Shown: positions 1-9,018, counted from the first letter of the stretch. The stretch: 47,045 nucleotides of DNA from a virus (IMGVR_UViG_3300016665_000672:1-47045); one strand, 5' to 3'. Notes: generated from the letters alone by a model not told the origin. A program made the numbers and translations.

Positions 1-279
1 CCTCTCCCGTATAGGCCCCACCCCCCTCTTGTCCTGAGACGGGGTGCTTTGCCGGCCCTCGAGGATGCCCCAGGACGCGTCGCGGCCTACCCGGACCCCC
101 GAGGGTTCGTCCGATGGGCTGAACGGCCGTCCACGTGGCAGCCTGGGCGGCTGGCGGGGCATAGGCGGGGGCTTGGGCCGGGGCGCTTCGACCTGGGAGG
201 GGAGGGAGCGCCGCCGAGCCCTTCGCCCAGCCTGCAGCCATCCTGCTGGTTTCCGGGCGCATCGTCGACGGAAGTCTGC

Positions 280-314
280 GGCGGATTGCCGCGGAACGTG
301 GCGGACTGCCGCGG
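280..314 (+). repeat. Two 15-bp direct repeats GGCGGA(T/C)TGCCGCGG with 20-bp period, upstream of an HTH gene; candidate binding sites
   Basis: Copies at 280-294 and 300-314 differ at one base. A -10-like TACAGT lies at 322-327 and GGAGG at 346-350. Confidence 0.6.
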
Positions 315-358
315 TCTCCGGTACAGTCGGGCACCGAGCAGCCTGGGAGGGCGTTCAG

Positions 359-598
359 ATGGGCGAGTCGAAGCAGCTTGGGTCGGGGGACCGGGAGACG
401 GACGAGCGCGCAGCGCGCGGGCTCCCGCCGGATTGCGTCGGCTGGAAGGCGATCGCCGAGGCGCTCGGCATCAGCGAGCGGTGGGCGCGCGAGTGGGAGC
501 GCAAGTTCGGCCTGCCGGTCGTGTACTGGGGGGCTCGCGCCGCCGGCTACGCCGACCGACTTCGCGCCTGCGCTGTGCGCCGCCGAGCCGCGGCCTAG
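359..598 (+). CDS. Small HTH DNA-binding protein
   Basis: ATG at 359 after GGAGG. GWKAIAEALGISERWAREWERKFGLPV is a MerR/excisionase-like HTH pattern. Confidence 0.7.
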   Translation: MGESKQLGSGDRETDERAARGLPPDCVGWKAIAEALGISERWAREWERKFGLPVVYWGARAAGYADRLRACAVRRRAAA

Positions 599-631
599 CC
601 ACCTGCGCCTGTCTCCGCGGTAGGCTTGGGC

Positions 632-910
632 ATGCCCCTGCTCCAGTGCATCGACTGCGGCGCGATGGTCTCCGACGCCGCTCCGGCCTGCCCCTCGTGC
701 GGGCGCCCCGCCTGGCGGCCTGCGGCCGCCGCGCCGCCCGCGCAGCGTCGCGGCCCCTCGCAGGGCGCCCAGGCTGCTCAGGCCATCGGGGCGATCGTCG
801 CCCTTGCGTCCCTGCCCACCTGCGCGATCGCCGAGAGCGGCCTGCTCGCTGGCGTCATGTTCCTCGCAGGCTGCGCGATCTTCGGCATCGCCCGGCTCGC
901 GTCCGTCTGA
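632..910 (+). CDS. Zinc-ribbon membrane protein
   Basis: CIDC...CPSCG zinc ribbon followed by two hydrophobic segments. Confidence 0.7.
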   Translation: MPLLQCIDCGAMVSDAAPACPSCGRPAWRPAAAAPPAQRRGPSQGAQAAQAIGAIVALASLPTCAIAESGLLAGVMFLAGCAIFGIARLASV

Positions 911-1164
911 TGCCCCCGCGAGACAGCATGCCGATCAGTCCAGCGACGGCCAGACGAGCTGACGTCGTCGCGGTGCAGCTCGCCATCATGCGTCACCACC
1001 ACGATGCGTCGTACAGCGCCTCGCCCCTTGCGCAACACGGGTGCAATTGCTCCCGCGATCCGCAGCTTCTCGACCTTGTTCAGCTTCGACATGGCGGAAC
1101 TCTGCTCCGTTTTCGTTCGACGGGATGCGGTAACGAGCGGGCGATCGCGGAAGAGTGCGGTCAT
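778..1164 (-). CDS. Hypothetical protein (uncertain)
   Basis: ATGA-coupled to the upstream gene, but overlaps the convergent 632-910 gene by 133 nt. Confidence 0.3.
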   Translation of the reverse strand: MTALFRDRPLVTASRRTKTEQSSAMSKLNKVEKLRIAGAIAPVLRKGRGAVRRIVVVTHDGELHRDDVSSSGRRWTDRHAVSRGHQTDASRAMPKIAQPARNMTPASRPLSAIAQVGRDARATIAPMA

Positions 1165-2132
1165 CTCCGCGGCCTCGAGCACGCCGGGCACCGGGGCAGC
1201 GCCTCGACGCGGACCTCGAGCACCTCGACCTCGCACTCGGTCCGCACGCCGTCGACCACCGGCCCGAGCCCGAGGCAGACAGCCACCGTGCGCAGTGGGG
1301 TCGCGCGCTCGAGCTCGCGGCTCGACGCGGCCGGGATGAGCAGCGGCTTGGTCCCCGAGGGCAGGCGGTCACCGAGCTGCGTGAGCGACTCGCCCGAGGC
1401 GTCCAGCTCGACTCGCCGGAGGGCCGTGCGGAGCTTCGTGCGCGCCGCCGACACCTCGGACCGCACCGCCGGCGCATCCGGCCACGCCTCGAGGCGCGTC
1501 GCGTCCTCCCGAGCCCACCCGAGGACGATCGCGACCAGCGCAGCCGCCGAGGCGCCCTCTGCAGGCAGGTGGACGGCGCACGCGGGCAGCGCGGCCTCGG
1601 CCTCCGACGCGTTGCCGTGCTGCAGGTGCGTGCGGACCGTGCGGGCGATGCGATCGGCCCCGCCGTCGTTCCGGCCCCCGAGCTCGGCGTACATCAGGCT
1701 CAGCATCCGCCGCTCGCGGGCATCGAGCGTGGTCGACCAGATGCGCCAGGCGTGCCGGTAGTGGTCGCTCCCGAGGTCGGGCTCGGCCACGCGCCCCGAC
1801 GACCGGACGCCGGCCGTCCCGAGGGCGATCCGGTCGAGCGCGCGCCCGAGGTCGCCGCCGGTGCGGGTCGGCGAGGCCTGCGGCGGCCCGAGGCGCACGC
1901 AGACGCGCACGACCTCGATCTCGGACGACCACCGGGCCGTTTCGTCCCGCTCGACGCGCCTGCGGGGCGCGCTGGGCTCGTCCGAGCGTCGAGCCTCGCG
2001 CACGGCGCGGATCGGCGCCCCGAGCTCGATCTCGTCGTCGAGCTGCCGGTCGGATCGAGCCACCCAGCCCGCGAGCGAGTGCCCCGAGGCCTCCTCGGCG
2101 AGCTCCTCGCCCCACTGCACGTGTTTCGGCAT
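1161..2132 (-). CDS. Hypothetical protein at the end of the replication operon (position of a late regulator)
   Basis: ATG at 2132 directly after the ruvC-like stop; 323 aa; C-terminal Cys cluster (C...CE...CPAC). Confidence 0.65.
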   Translation of the reverse strand: MPKHVQWGEELAEEASGHSLAGWVARSDRQLDDEIELGAPIRAVREARRSDEPSAPRRRVERDETARWSSEIEVVRVCVRLGPPQASPTRTGGDLGRALDRIALGTAGVRSSGRVAEPDLGSDHYRHAWRIWSTTLDARERRMLSLMYAELGGRNDGGADRIARTVRTHLQHGNASEAEAALPACAVHLPAEGASAAALVAIVLGWAREDATRLEAWPDAPAVRSEVSAARTKLRTALRRVELDASGESLTQLGDRLPSGTKPLLIPAASSRELERATPLRTVAVCLGLGPVVDGVRTECEVEVLEVRVEALPRCPACSRPRR

Positions 2133-2134
2133 GG

Positions 2135-2728
2135 TCAGTTCCCCCCTCGGACGAACAGCGCGAGCAGCGCAGCGTCGGCGACGTGGTCGGTCGTGATCAG
2201 CCCACCGAAGCGGCGGCGGGCGACGGCGACCGAGAGCTGCTTGCCCTGGTCGCGGCGAATCTTGCCCAGGATGCGCGACTGCCACGCCTGCGCGGGCACG
2301 CGCACCATCGCGAGCCCGCGCTCGGCGCAGAGCGCCGCGACCGCCGCCCCGTAGCGGGTGACGGCCGCGAACGCCAGCGGGGTTCGGGCAGCGCTGCCAA
2401 GGTGCGTGTCCTCGACGACCACGACCAGGCGCTGCCCGTCGGTCGCCGACCGCTCGACCGCCCAGGTGAGCAGCGCGACGATTCGAGCCGCCCATCCCTG
2501 GTCGATCCGCGCCTCGGGAGCGTGCACGTCCCCCGCCGCGCGGTGCCGCGCGCCGAGATAGGCGTACGCGCCCTCGGCGGCGAGATCGAACGCGAGCACA
2601 TCCGGGCGCGTGACGCGCGGATCGACCTGCCAGGCGAACGGACGATCGCCCACGTGCTTGGTCACGTCGCCGGCGAGCCGCAGGAGCTCGTCGAGCGTCA
2701 TGGGGCCCGGAAGTGCTCGCGCGGCCAT
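2135..2728 (-). CDS. ruvC: RuvC-like Holliday junction resolvase
   Basis: VLAFD, VVVVED, VPAQAWQ and DHVADAALLA match the RuvC acidic catalytic pattern. Confidence 0.8.
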   Translation of the reverse strand: MAARALPGPMTLDELLRLAGDVTKHVGDRPFAWQVDPRVTRPDVLAFDLAAEGAYAYLGARHRAAGDVHAPEARIDQGWAARIVALLTWAVERSATDGQRLVVVVEDTHLGSAARTPLAFAAVTRYGAAVAALCAERGLAMVRVPAQAWQSRILGKIRRDQGKQLSVAVARRRFGGLITTDHVADAALLALFVRGGN

Positions 2729-2729
2729 C

Positions 2730-3500
2730 TCAGTGCACCCCTTCCGCCTCGGTAGGCTCTGCGGCCGCCGACTTCTTTGCGCGCTTCGGCTTGACCTTGC
2801 GCGTGGCGGTCTCCACGCCGCGCACCAAGCCGTCGGGCGGCGGTTCGATCTCGTCGATCTTCGCCGCGACCGCGGCGGTGTCGTTCGGGTCGTAGCTCTC
2901 GGGCGTGTCGTCCTCCGAGGCCTCGTCGGCGCGCATCGAGTCGCACTCGGGGCGGTGATGCCCGCCGACGATGCCGCAGAACGAGCACGCCTTTCCGCGG
3001 AGCACGCGGGTCACCGTGTACGTGTCGCCGTCGACCTCGACTCGCGCGGAGCCCGACTCGGCGATCGCTCGCTCCGCCGCGTCGGCCTGCTCGACGGTGA
3101 TGGCGTACGCGACGCCGTCGTTGTCGAGCGCGCTGCAGAGCAGCTTGGGCGCCTCCGGGCGCGAGAAGGGCAGGCCGGGCTGCCGGGTCTCCGCCGCCGA
3201 CAAGGGCAGCGTGTCGACAACGTCGCCGGTGTCGAGTCGCACGACCTCGACGAGCCCCTGCTCGGGCAGCTCGCGCACCTCGCACTCGACGTCACGCATC
3301 TCGCCCGAGTTCTTCTTGATCGCCTCGAGGGCCTTGCGACGCAGCTCGAACGGCTTCTTCTCCTCGCGGAACTTCGCGTCGACCTCTTTCTTGCGCTCGT
3401 CGATCTGCGACAGCGCCAAGCACACGTCCGAGTGTTCTTTCTCGACCGCGTGCATCTCCTCGTCGCTCAACTTCACCAACAGCTTGCGGGGCTCACGCAT
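2730..3500 (-). CDS. Hypothetical phage protein (N-terminal coiled coil, CxxC-HxxxC motif)
   Basis: Tightly packed between dnaB and ruvC; contains CSFCGIVGGHHRPEC. Confidence 0.75.
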   Translation of the reverse strand: MREPRKLLVKLSDEEMHAVEKEHSDVCLALSQIDERKKEVDAKFREEKKPFELRRKALEAIKKNSGEMRDVECEVRELPEQGLVEVVRLDTGDVVDTLPLSAAETRQPGLPFSRPEAPKLLCSALDNDGVAYAITVEQADAAERAIAESGSARVEVDGDTYTVTRVLRGKACSFCGIVGGHHRPECDSMRADEASEDDTPESYDPNDTAAVAAKIDEIEPPPDGLVRGVETATRKVKPKRAKKSAAAEPTEAEGVH

Positions 3501-3503
3501 CGC

Positions 3504-5045
3504 TCACGCCTCCTCGTTGTGCACTGCACGCTCGTCGAAGCGGAACGCCGCCCCGACAAACTCCATGGCAACGACGCCCTCTTGACCGTCGCGATGCTTC
3601 GCAAGCATCGCCTCTGCCTCGCGCTTCTCGTCGTCGCTCGCCTGTCGCTTCTGCTCGCGGGACATCCGGGTCCACGGGCGATGCAGCAGCAGGATCTTGT
3701 GCGCGATCTGCTCGATCGCCGCGGCGCCGCGGATGTCGCTCCGCGTCGGCACGTCGCGCATCTGCGAACCGCGATTGAACTGGCAGAGCACCATCAGGTG
3801 CAGCTCGAGATCCTTCGCGAGGTCGTTCAGCCCGGCGACGACCTTGGCCAGCGCCTCGTCCTCGCGACGCGCGTCGGGAAGCTGCAGCAGGTGCAGGTGG
3901 TCGATGACCACGAACCGCAGCCTCGCCCCGCGGTCACGCATGCGCCGCTGCAGCTGCCGAGCGACGGCACGCACGCCGGCGAGATCCTTTCCCGCGTCGT
4001 CGAAGGCGAGCGGGAGCGCGCGCACGCGTCGCTGCGCCTCGTCGAGCAGCGCGATGCGGTCGCCATCGAGCGTCCGACCGTACTCGTCGCGCCCCGTCTG
4101 CAGCTCGCGGAACGTGATGGGCGGCAGGCGCTGCTCCTCGGCGAGCTCGTAGGCGGCCTGCAGCAGCGCGCGGTCGTAGTGGCGCTCGGAGAGCATCTCG
4201 AGGCTCAGGTACGCACAGCCGATCTGCTCTCCCGCGTACGCCTTGCCCGCCAGATGCCGCGCGACCTGCAGCGCGTAGACCGACTTGCCCCCGCCGGTGT
4301 CGGCCGCGACGTAGGTCTGCTCGCCGATGCCGTGCCCGTGCGAGAGCGCGTGCAGACGCGCGTGCGGGCCCCGCATGCCCCATGGGTCGCGCTCGCCGCG
4401 CCACTGCGCGCGCAGCTCCTCGGCACGCGTGCGCCCGATCTCGTCCACCGAGCGGACCCGCGACACGACACCGGCCTCGGCGATGACAGCGACCTTCTCG
4501 GCGGCCTGCTGCGCAAACTCCTGCGCGTCGACCGCGAGTGGGGTGTTGGCCTCGTGCGCGAGTAGCGAGCAGGTGTCGACCAGGCGCCGGAGCCGAGCCT
4601 TCTCGGCGACGATCTTCGCGTGCGCGGCGACGTTGGCCACCGAGGGCGTCGCGTCGACGACCTGGGTCATGTACGTGACACCGCCGACCGCCTGCAGGCG
4701 CTGCCGATCGTTCAGCAGTGTCGCGACGGTCGTGACGTCGACGGGCCGGCCCTTCGCACGAACCTCGAGGCACGCGTCGTAGATGCGCCGGTGCGCGTCG
4801 GCGTAGAACGCTGCGCCGTCGGGCAGGATGTCCTGCACCTCGTCGAGCACCGATCCGTCGAGCAGCACCGAGGCGATGACGGACCGCTCGGCCTGGTCGT
4901 CGTGCGGTGCCGATCGACCGCCCGTGTCGAGCGACTCGCGCAGGATCGAGGCGAGGGCAGCGCGATCGGCAGGCGTGGCGCGCTCGACGAAGGAGCGCAG
5001 GCGAGCATCGCGGCGCTCGTCGGCGCCGAAGACCTTGGCCGTCAT
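3504..5045 (-). CDS. dnaB: Replicative DNA helicase, DnaB family
   Basis: N-terminal PHDDQAERSVIASVLLD...FYADAHRRIY; Walker A ADTGGGKS; SLEM; VVIDHL; LCQFNR; SDIRGAAAIEQIA; KHRDG. ATGA overlap with the initiator gene. Confidence 0.95.
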   Translation of the reverse strand: MTAKVFGADERRDARLRSFVERATPADRAALASILRESLDTGGRSAPHDDQAERSVIASVLLDGSVLDEVQDILPDGAAFYADAHRRIYDACLEVRAKGRPVDVTTVATLLNDRQRLQAVGGVTYMTQVVDATPSVANVAAHAKIVAEKARLRRLVDTCSLLAHEANTPLAVDAQEFAQQAAEKVAVIAEAGVVSRVRSVDEIGRTRAEELRAQWRGERDPWGMRGPHARLHALSHGHGIGEQTYVAADTGGGKSVYALQVARHLAGKAYAGEQIGCAYLSLEMLSERHYDRALLQAAYELAEEQRLPPITFRELQTGRDEYGRTLDGDRIALLDEAQRRVRALPLAFDDAGKDLAGVRAVARQLQRRMRDRGARLRFVVIDHLHLLQLPDARREDEALAKVVAGLNDLAKDLELHLMVLCQFNRGSQMRDVPTRSDIRGAAAIEQIAHKILLLHRPWTRMSREQKRQASDDEKREAEAMLAKHRDGQEGVVAMEFVGAAFRFDERAVHNEEA

Positions 5046-6034
5046 CCCCACACCTCGTCCTTGCGCGCAGCGCGGTACGACCTCGGGGCGGAGCTCGGCG
5101 GGCTCGGGCGATCGGTGCCGTCGCCGCCGTTGCGCTCACGCTCCAGTTGCCCAGGGCGCATCAGGCGCGTCGCCGTCTTGCGGTACCAGCCGACGACGTG
5201 CGGTCCCTCGACCGCCTCGGTGAGGATCATCGCGTTGACCATCCGCACGACCTCGAGGAGTCGCGCAGGAGAGGCGCCCACGGTCATCGCGATGCCGTCG
5301 AGGCCTCGCGCGAAGTTCCCGAGGTCGACGTGAGAGAGCTTCGGGCACTCGGCGAGGAGGGCTACCAGCGGGCTCGGTCCCTGGCTCGCCGCCGCCCTCT
5401 CCTCCGTCCCCCCGGAGGGGGGTAGGGGGAGATCTTCCTCCCTACCTACCTCCCTACCTACCTGCAAACGCGCGCGCGCCCGCGAGGGCTGCCGCGACTC
5501 GGTTGAACGATTTCCAGCACTTGACCCCTGGTCGATGTCTCGGCGTTGCTCGACCAATGTCTCGCCAATGCTCCGCCGATGCTCCACCAATGCTCCGCCG
5601 GTGTTCGGCGTGTGTTCGACCAATGTCTCGGCAACGCCCGTCCTACGCTCGTCCGACGTCTGTCCGCGCCCCGTTCGGGGGCGCCCTCCGCTTTCGCCGT
5701 CCTGCCTATTTGAGGAGCGGTCGCGGCGCTCGTTGATCGCCCTGAGCGACCTGAGGTGCAGCTGCTCGCCTACGTGCTCGACGCACCCGTCGTTGAGGAG
5801 GTCTGTGAGGTGCTTCGGAAGGCTCCGGCGCTCCTCGTTGTGCACGCCGAGCAGGCGACGCAGACGCACGCAGCCGTCCTCGAAGGTTGTGGCGAACGGC
5901 AAGAAGCCGTCGTCGTCGGCCTCCCGCATCAGCACGTAGAACAAGCCCTGCGCCGAGACCGAGAGCATGCGGAAGCTCGGGGACGGGCGCAGCAACTGCT
6001 TGCGGTAGGGCTCTTTCGACCAGTCGCGAGCCAT
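5042..6034 (-). CDS. Phage replication initiator (replisome organiser / lambda-O-like)
   Basis: N-terminal LSVSAQGLFYVLMREADDDG motif; directly upstream of dnaB; contains internal tandem repeats. Confidence 0.8.
   Translation of the reverse strand: MARDWSKEPYRKQLLRPSPSFRMLSVSAQGLFYVLMREADDDGFLPFATTFEDGCVRLRRLLGVHNEERRSLPKHLTDLLNDGCVEHVGEQLHLRSLRAINERRDRSSNRQDGESGGRPRTGRGQTSDERRTGVAETLVEHTPNTGGALVEHRRSIGETLVEQRRDIDQGSSAGNRSTESRQPSRARARLQVGREVGREEDLPLPPSGGTEERAAASQGPSPLVALLAECPKLSHVDLGNFARGLDGIAMTVGASPARLLEVVRMVNAMILTEAVEGPHVVGWYRKTATRLMRPGQLERERNGGDGTDRPSPPSSAPRSYRAARKDEVWG
5532..5630. repeat. Nine tandem degenerate 11-bp repeats (consensus about CCAATGYTCSG); probable replication-origin iterons
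   Basis: Units: tcgatgtctcg, gcgttgctcga, ccaatgtctcg, ccaatgctccg, ccgatgctcca, ccaatgctccg, ccggtgttcgg, cgtgtgttcga, ccaatgtctcg. They lie inside the initiator gene. Confidence 0.75.
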
Positions 6035-6456
6035 CAGCGGGCTCCTCCAGCTGCACGCCTGCTCGGCTGCAGCGACTTGGTGACCACTCCGATCGCGGTG
6101 GTGAACCACCGCAGGACCACTGCCTGCCCCGAGGCCCGCTCGAGGAGGTCGTTCGCGTTGGCGATGTCACAGCAGGCGACCGTGAGGTCGCTCGGCCGGT
6201 TCTCGCCGACGCAGGCAATCTGCAGCGCACGCACCGCGGTGGCGGTGGTGACGTCCGACCACGCGAGCTCGCGCCGGATGCACGCGAGCTGCAGCGCACC
6301 GATCGGGCTCCACGCCGCCGCACGACGCACGTCGAGCATCGGACGGCCCTCGGCATCAGCGGCGGGACCGTGCTGCGTCCAGCCCGCGACAATCGAGTCG
6401 CGAGCCTCGGAGAGCAGATCGATCGCGAGCTTCCGGTCGGCGCGCTGGTAGCTCAC
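6034..6456 (-). CDS. Hypothetical phage protein
   Basis: GTGA-coupled to the methyltransferase gene; contains GWTQ...AAAWSPIGAL. Confidence 0.7.
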   Translation of the reverse strand: MSYQRADRKLAIDLLSEARDSIVAGWTQHGPAADAEGRPMLDVRRAAAWSPIGALQLACIRRELAWSDVTTATAVRALQIACVGENRPSDLTVACCDIANANDLLERASGQAVVLRWFTTAIGVVTKSLQPSRRAAGGAR

Positions 6457-7058
6457 GGCGCGACCTCGAGGATCGACCAGCGACCGCCGCGACCGAGGCC
6501 CCAGACGAGCCAAGCGTAGTCGGCTGAGTCGGTAGATCGACCCGTGAAGCTGGGACGGCGCGGCAGCACGTGTACGTCGCACGGGTGCTCGCGGTGGAAC
6601 GCCGCGCGCTTCTGGCCTGCGAGCCATCCGAGGCGGAGGAGGAAGGCCACCAATCCGCCGGGGCGCGCGAGCTGCAGCGCGACGCGCACGAACGGCTCGG
6701 CGAGCGAAAACGGCGGGTTGCTGATGACCAGGTCGTTGCCGGTGTAGTCGGCCGGGTCGATCTGCAGCAGGTCGTCCTCAAACACGTCGTCGTACGCGGC
6801 GACGCCGCTCGGCAGCTTGGCGTGCGTCGCGGCGAGCGCGCGCTTGGGGTCGAGCTCAAAGGCGTCGATCGTGCACCCCTCGCCCCAGGCGCGACGGAGC
6901 GCGGTGCCGATCGCCCCGTCGCCGCACCCGAGGTCGACGGTCGTGCGCGGGGTGCCGAGGACAGGCAGGATCGCGTCGATTGCCCACGCGGGCGTGCGGT
7001 AGAACTCGTGCGGGTTCTCGGCTTGCGCCTGCTTCCGCGTGCGGCCGCGGGCGCTCAT
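6453..7058 (-). CDS. Amino (N6-adenine/N4-cytosine) DNA methyltransferase, orphan
   Basis: FYRTP, SAM-binding DLGCGDG and catalytic ISNPPF. Confidence 0.88.
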   Translation of the reverse strand: MSARGRTRKQAQAENPHEFYRTPAWAIDAILPVLGTPRTTVDLGCGDGAIGTALRRAWGEGCTIDAFELDPKRALAATHAKLPSGVAAYDDVFEDDLLQIDPADYTGNDLVISNPPFSLAEPFVRVALQLARPGGLVAFLLRLGWLAGQKRAAFHREHPCDVHVLPRRPSFTGRSTDSADYAWLVWGLGRGGRWSILEVAP

Positions 7059-7498
7059 TCGTCGTCCCCGTCGACGTCGACACCGGCGTCGGGCAGCTCG
7101 TCGTCCTGGGAGTACACGCCGAAGGTCTCGGCGTGGCGCTCCTCGTCCTCGATCGAGGCGTCGATCGCCTCGAGGATGCCCAAGGGCTCGGGCTCGTCGT
7201 CGTCCTGATCCTGCTCCTCCTCCGCCTCCTCAGCCTCGGCGCGCTCCTCGGCCTTCCGAGCGAGGTACAGGCGGTGCCGCTCCTTGATCAGCTCCAGCCG
7301 CGAGCGCGCAGCGGGCGGGGGCGTGTTCGGCGGCTCGACGAGCTCCTCGACGTCGTCCTCGACCTCCAGGGCCGGAGCGACGACCTGGTCGAGGATGACC
7401 GGCTGCGTCTTCACGGTCGGCGGATCGACCGTGAACGTCTCGACGTGGCTCGGCATGCGCGGAGCGGGCCGCTGCTGCCAGGGAAGGGGGCGGAACAT
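7055..7498 (-). CDS. Acidic hypothetical protein
   Basis: In operon; very Asp/Glu-rich C-terminal half. Confidence 0.65.
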   Translation of the reverse strand: MFRPLPWQQRPAPRMPSHVETFTVDPPTVKTQPVILDQVVAPALEVEDDVEELVEPPNTPPPAARSRLELIKERHRLYLARKAEERAEAEEAEEEQDQDDDEPEPLGILEAIDASIEDEERHAETFGVYSQDDELPDAGVDVDGDDE

Positions 7499-7501
7499 CG
7501 C

Positions 7502-7978
7502 TCAGCCCTGCCCGTGGAGCTTGCCAAGGAGACGGAAGACGAGCGCGCCCTCGGCGCCGAGACGCGGCAGCTCCTCCAGCACGACGACCATCGCGTCGAT
7601 CTCGGTGGCCTTGGCCCGGAGACTCTCCGCCCAGCGCTTGAACATCTCGATCGTGCCGTCGTCGATCGTGGCTCCGCGCGCGAGCTCGATGCTATCGGCC
7701 GCGGCCTCGACCGGCGCGGGGGCGGCCGCCTTCGCCTTCGTCTTCTTTGGCGCGGCCTTGGGGGCAGGCTCTTCGCCGAGCACGCGCAGGCTCGTCCAGT
7801 CGATCTGCGTGGGGCTGATCTTGTCGTAGGCGATGACGCCCTGCCGGCGCATGTAGCCGATCGCCGAGCTCAGCCCGATGCGATCGAGGTTCACCGCGGC
7901 GCACAGCGCCTCGGGCGTGGTCCGACCGGCGCGGATCGCGTCGATGATCTTCTCGTGATTCCCGTTCCTCGTTGCCAT
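7502..7978 (-). CDS. Hypothetical protein, possible N-terminal winged helix
   Basis: GGAGG RBS; KIIDAIRAG..TPEALCAAVNL...LSSAIGYMRRQGVI. Confidence 0.7.
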   Translation of the reverse strand: MATRNGNHEKIIDAIRAGRTTPEALCAAVNLDRIGLSSAIGYMRRQGVIAYDKISPTQIDWTSLRVLGEEPAPKAAPKKTKAKAAAPAPVEAAADSIELARGATIDDGTIEMFKRWAESLRAKATEIDAMVVVLEELPRLGAEGALVFRLLGKLHGQG

Positions 7979-7987
7979 GGTCCCTCC

Positions 7988-8221
7988 TCAGTCGAAACGG
8001 CGGTTTGCCTTGCTGTCGTCGAGGTCACGCACGCCGAGGGCGACCTCGAGGCGCTGCACGTGACGTGCGGTGGTGCCGATCGCGCGGGCGATGCCCGTGG
8101 TCGTCTTGTGGCGAGCGCGCAGGCCTTCGAGCTCGCGACGCGCGCAGTCGAAGAGCCGCCCCTCGCGGAGCAGCGAGCACCGCCAAAGCGCAGCGGCGAT
8201 CGGTGAGGTGATGCGCGGCAT
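7988..8221 (-). CDS. Small HTH-like protein
   Basis: TTTGIARAIGTTARHVQRL; fills the gap in the operon. Confidence 0.6.
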   Translation of the reverse strand: MPRITSPIAAALWRCSLLREGRLFDCARRELEGLRARHKTTTGIARAIGTTARHVQRLEVALGVRDLDDSKANRRFD

Positions 8222-8223
8222 GG

Positions 8224-8667
8224 TCAGCACCCGCCGGCGAGCGCGCAGCGAACCCGAACGAGATCGCGAGCGCGCGGAGAGCCCGAGCAGCTGCCCGAGG
8301 CGAACGCGCGGAGACCGCCGGCGACGGAGCCGCACACGTCGCGCATGCGACGCATCCAGGCGAGGCCGGCGGCGAGCGCGACCCTGCGGTCGGCCAACAT
8401 CGAGCTGCAGCTCACGCCTTGACGGGCCACCTCGTGCAGCTGCATCGCGCCGCAGGCGCGGCCCTGGTCGCCGAGCACGGACTGCCCGGCGCTCTCGCGC
8501 ACGGTCCAGACGGCGAGCAGGAGCGCGGTGCGCTCGACGGCATCGTCGCCGACGTAGAGCGGCTCCTCGGCCATCGCGACGGCACGCACGTCGACCGCGA
8601 GGTCGAGCGCAGAGCCGTCCCGCACGCCGAGCGAGACGATGAGGGCGAGCAGTTCGAGCAGCATCAC
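8224..8667 (-). CDS. Lysozyme-fold / lytic transglycosylase-like protein with hydrophobic N-terminus
   Basis: VRES (candidate catalytic Glu) followed by GDQGRACGAMQL (GxMQ motif). Confidence 0.6.
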   Translation of the reverse strand: MMLLELLALIVSLGVRDGSALDLAVDVRAVAMAEEPLYVGDDAVERTALLLAVWTVRESAGQSVLGDQGRACGAMQLHEVARQGVSCSSMLADRRVALAAGLAWMRRMRDVCGSVAGGLRAFASGSCSGSPRARDLVRVRCALAGGC

Positions 8668-8753
8668 GGCGACACCAGACCGCTCGCGACGCAGCCGACC
8701 GCGAAGATGACCAGCGCGACGAGCAGCGGGTCAAGGACAACGCGCACGCTCAC
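8664..8753 (-). CDS. 29-aa hydrophobic peptide
   Basis: MSVRVVLDPLLVALVIFAVGCVASGLVSP; start and stop both overlap neighbouring stop/start codons; not in the ORF track. Confidence 0.55.
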   Translation of the reverse strand: MSVRVVLDPLLVALVIFAVGCVASGLVSP

Positions 8754-8944
8754 GCGTCACCTCCGCGGGCTACGTAGGACACGCGACCGGCGCGACGCTC
8801 GGCGCGGACCTCGTCGACCATCGCGTCGACGAGCGGGTTCGCCCCGAGCACGCCGAACCGGCGAGCGACGCGTTCCGCCGCGTCCATGGTCACGAGCGAG
8901 ATGCGGGCGAGGACGCCCACGAGGATGGCAGCCGCGCGATTCAC
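8750..8944 (-). CDS. Small hypothetical protein
   Basis: GTG at 8944 after GAGGT; coupled on both sides. Confidence 0.6.
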   Translation of the reverse strand: MNRAAAILVGVLARISLVTMDAAERVARRFGVLGANPLVDAMVDEVRAERRAGRVSYVARGGDA

Positions 8945-9018
8945 CGCGCACCTCGCCAGTCGAGGACGTGCAGGCGGCCGAGGCGCAGGATGCGCCAGGA
9001 GCGGGGGAGCCAGGGCAT
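8941..9018 (-). CDS. 25-aa Trp/Arg-rich peptide
   Basis: MPWLPRSWRILRLGRLHVLDWRGAR; GGAGG RBS; GTGA overlap with the next gene. Confidence 0.5.
   Translation of the reverse strand: MPWLPRSWRILRLGRLHVLDWRGAR

Noticed and set aside
49-4565. Long plus-strand ORFs (49-1761, 1155-2354, 2610-4565) and similar antisense ORFs elsewhere (e.g. 33107-35014, 43519-45762)
   Set aside because: Shadow ORFs of high-GC DNA opposite well-supported genes; low-information translations with no motifs.
5532-5630. CRISPR mini-array
   Set aside because: The units are 11 bp, contiguous and have no spacers; no cas genes are present.
6453-7058. Restriction-modification system
   Set aside because: No adjacent restriction endonuclease recognised; orphan methyltransferases are common in phage replication operons.
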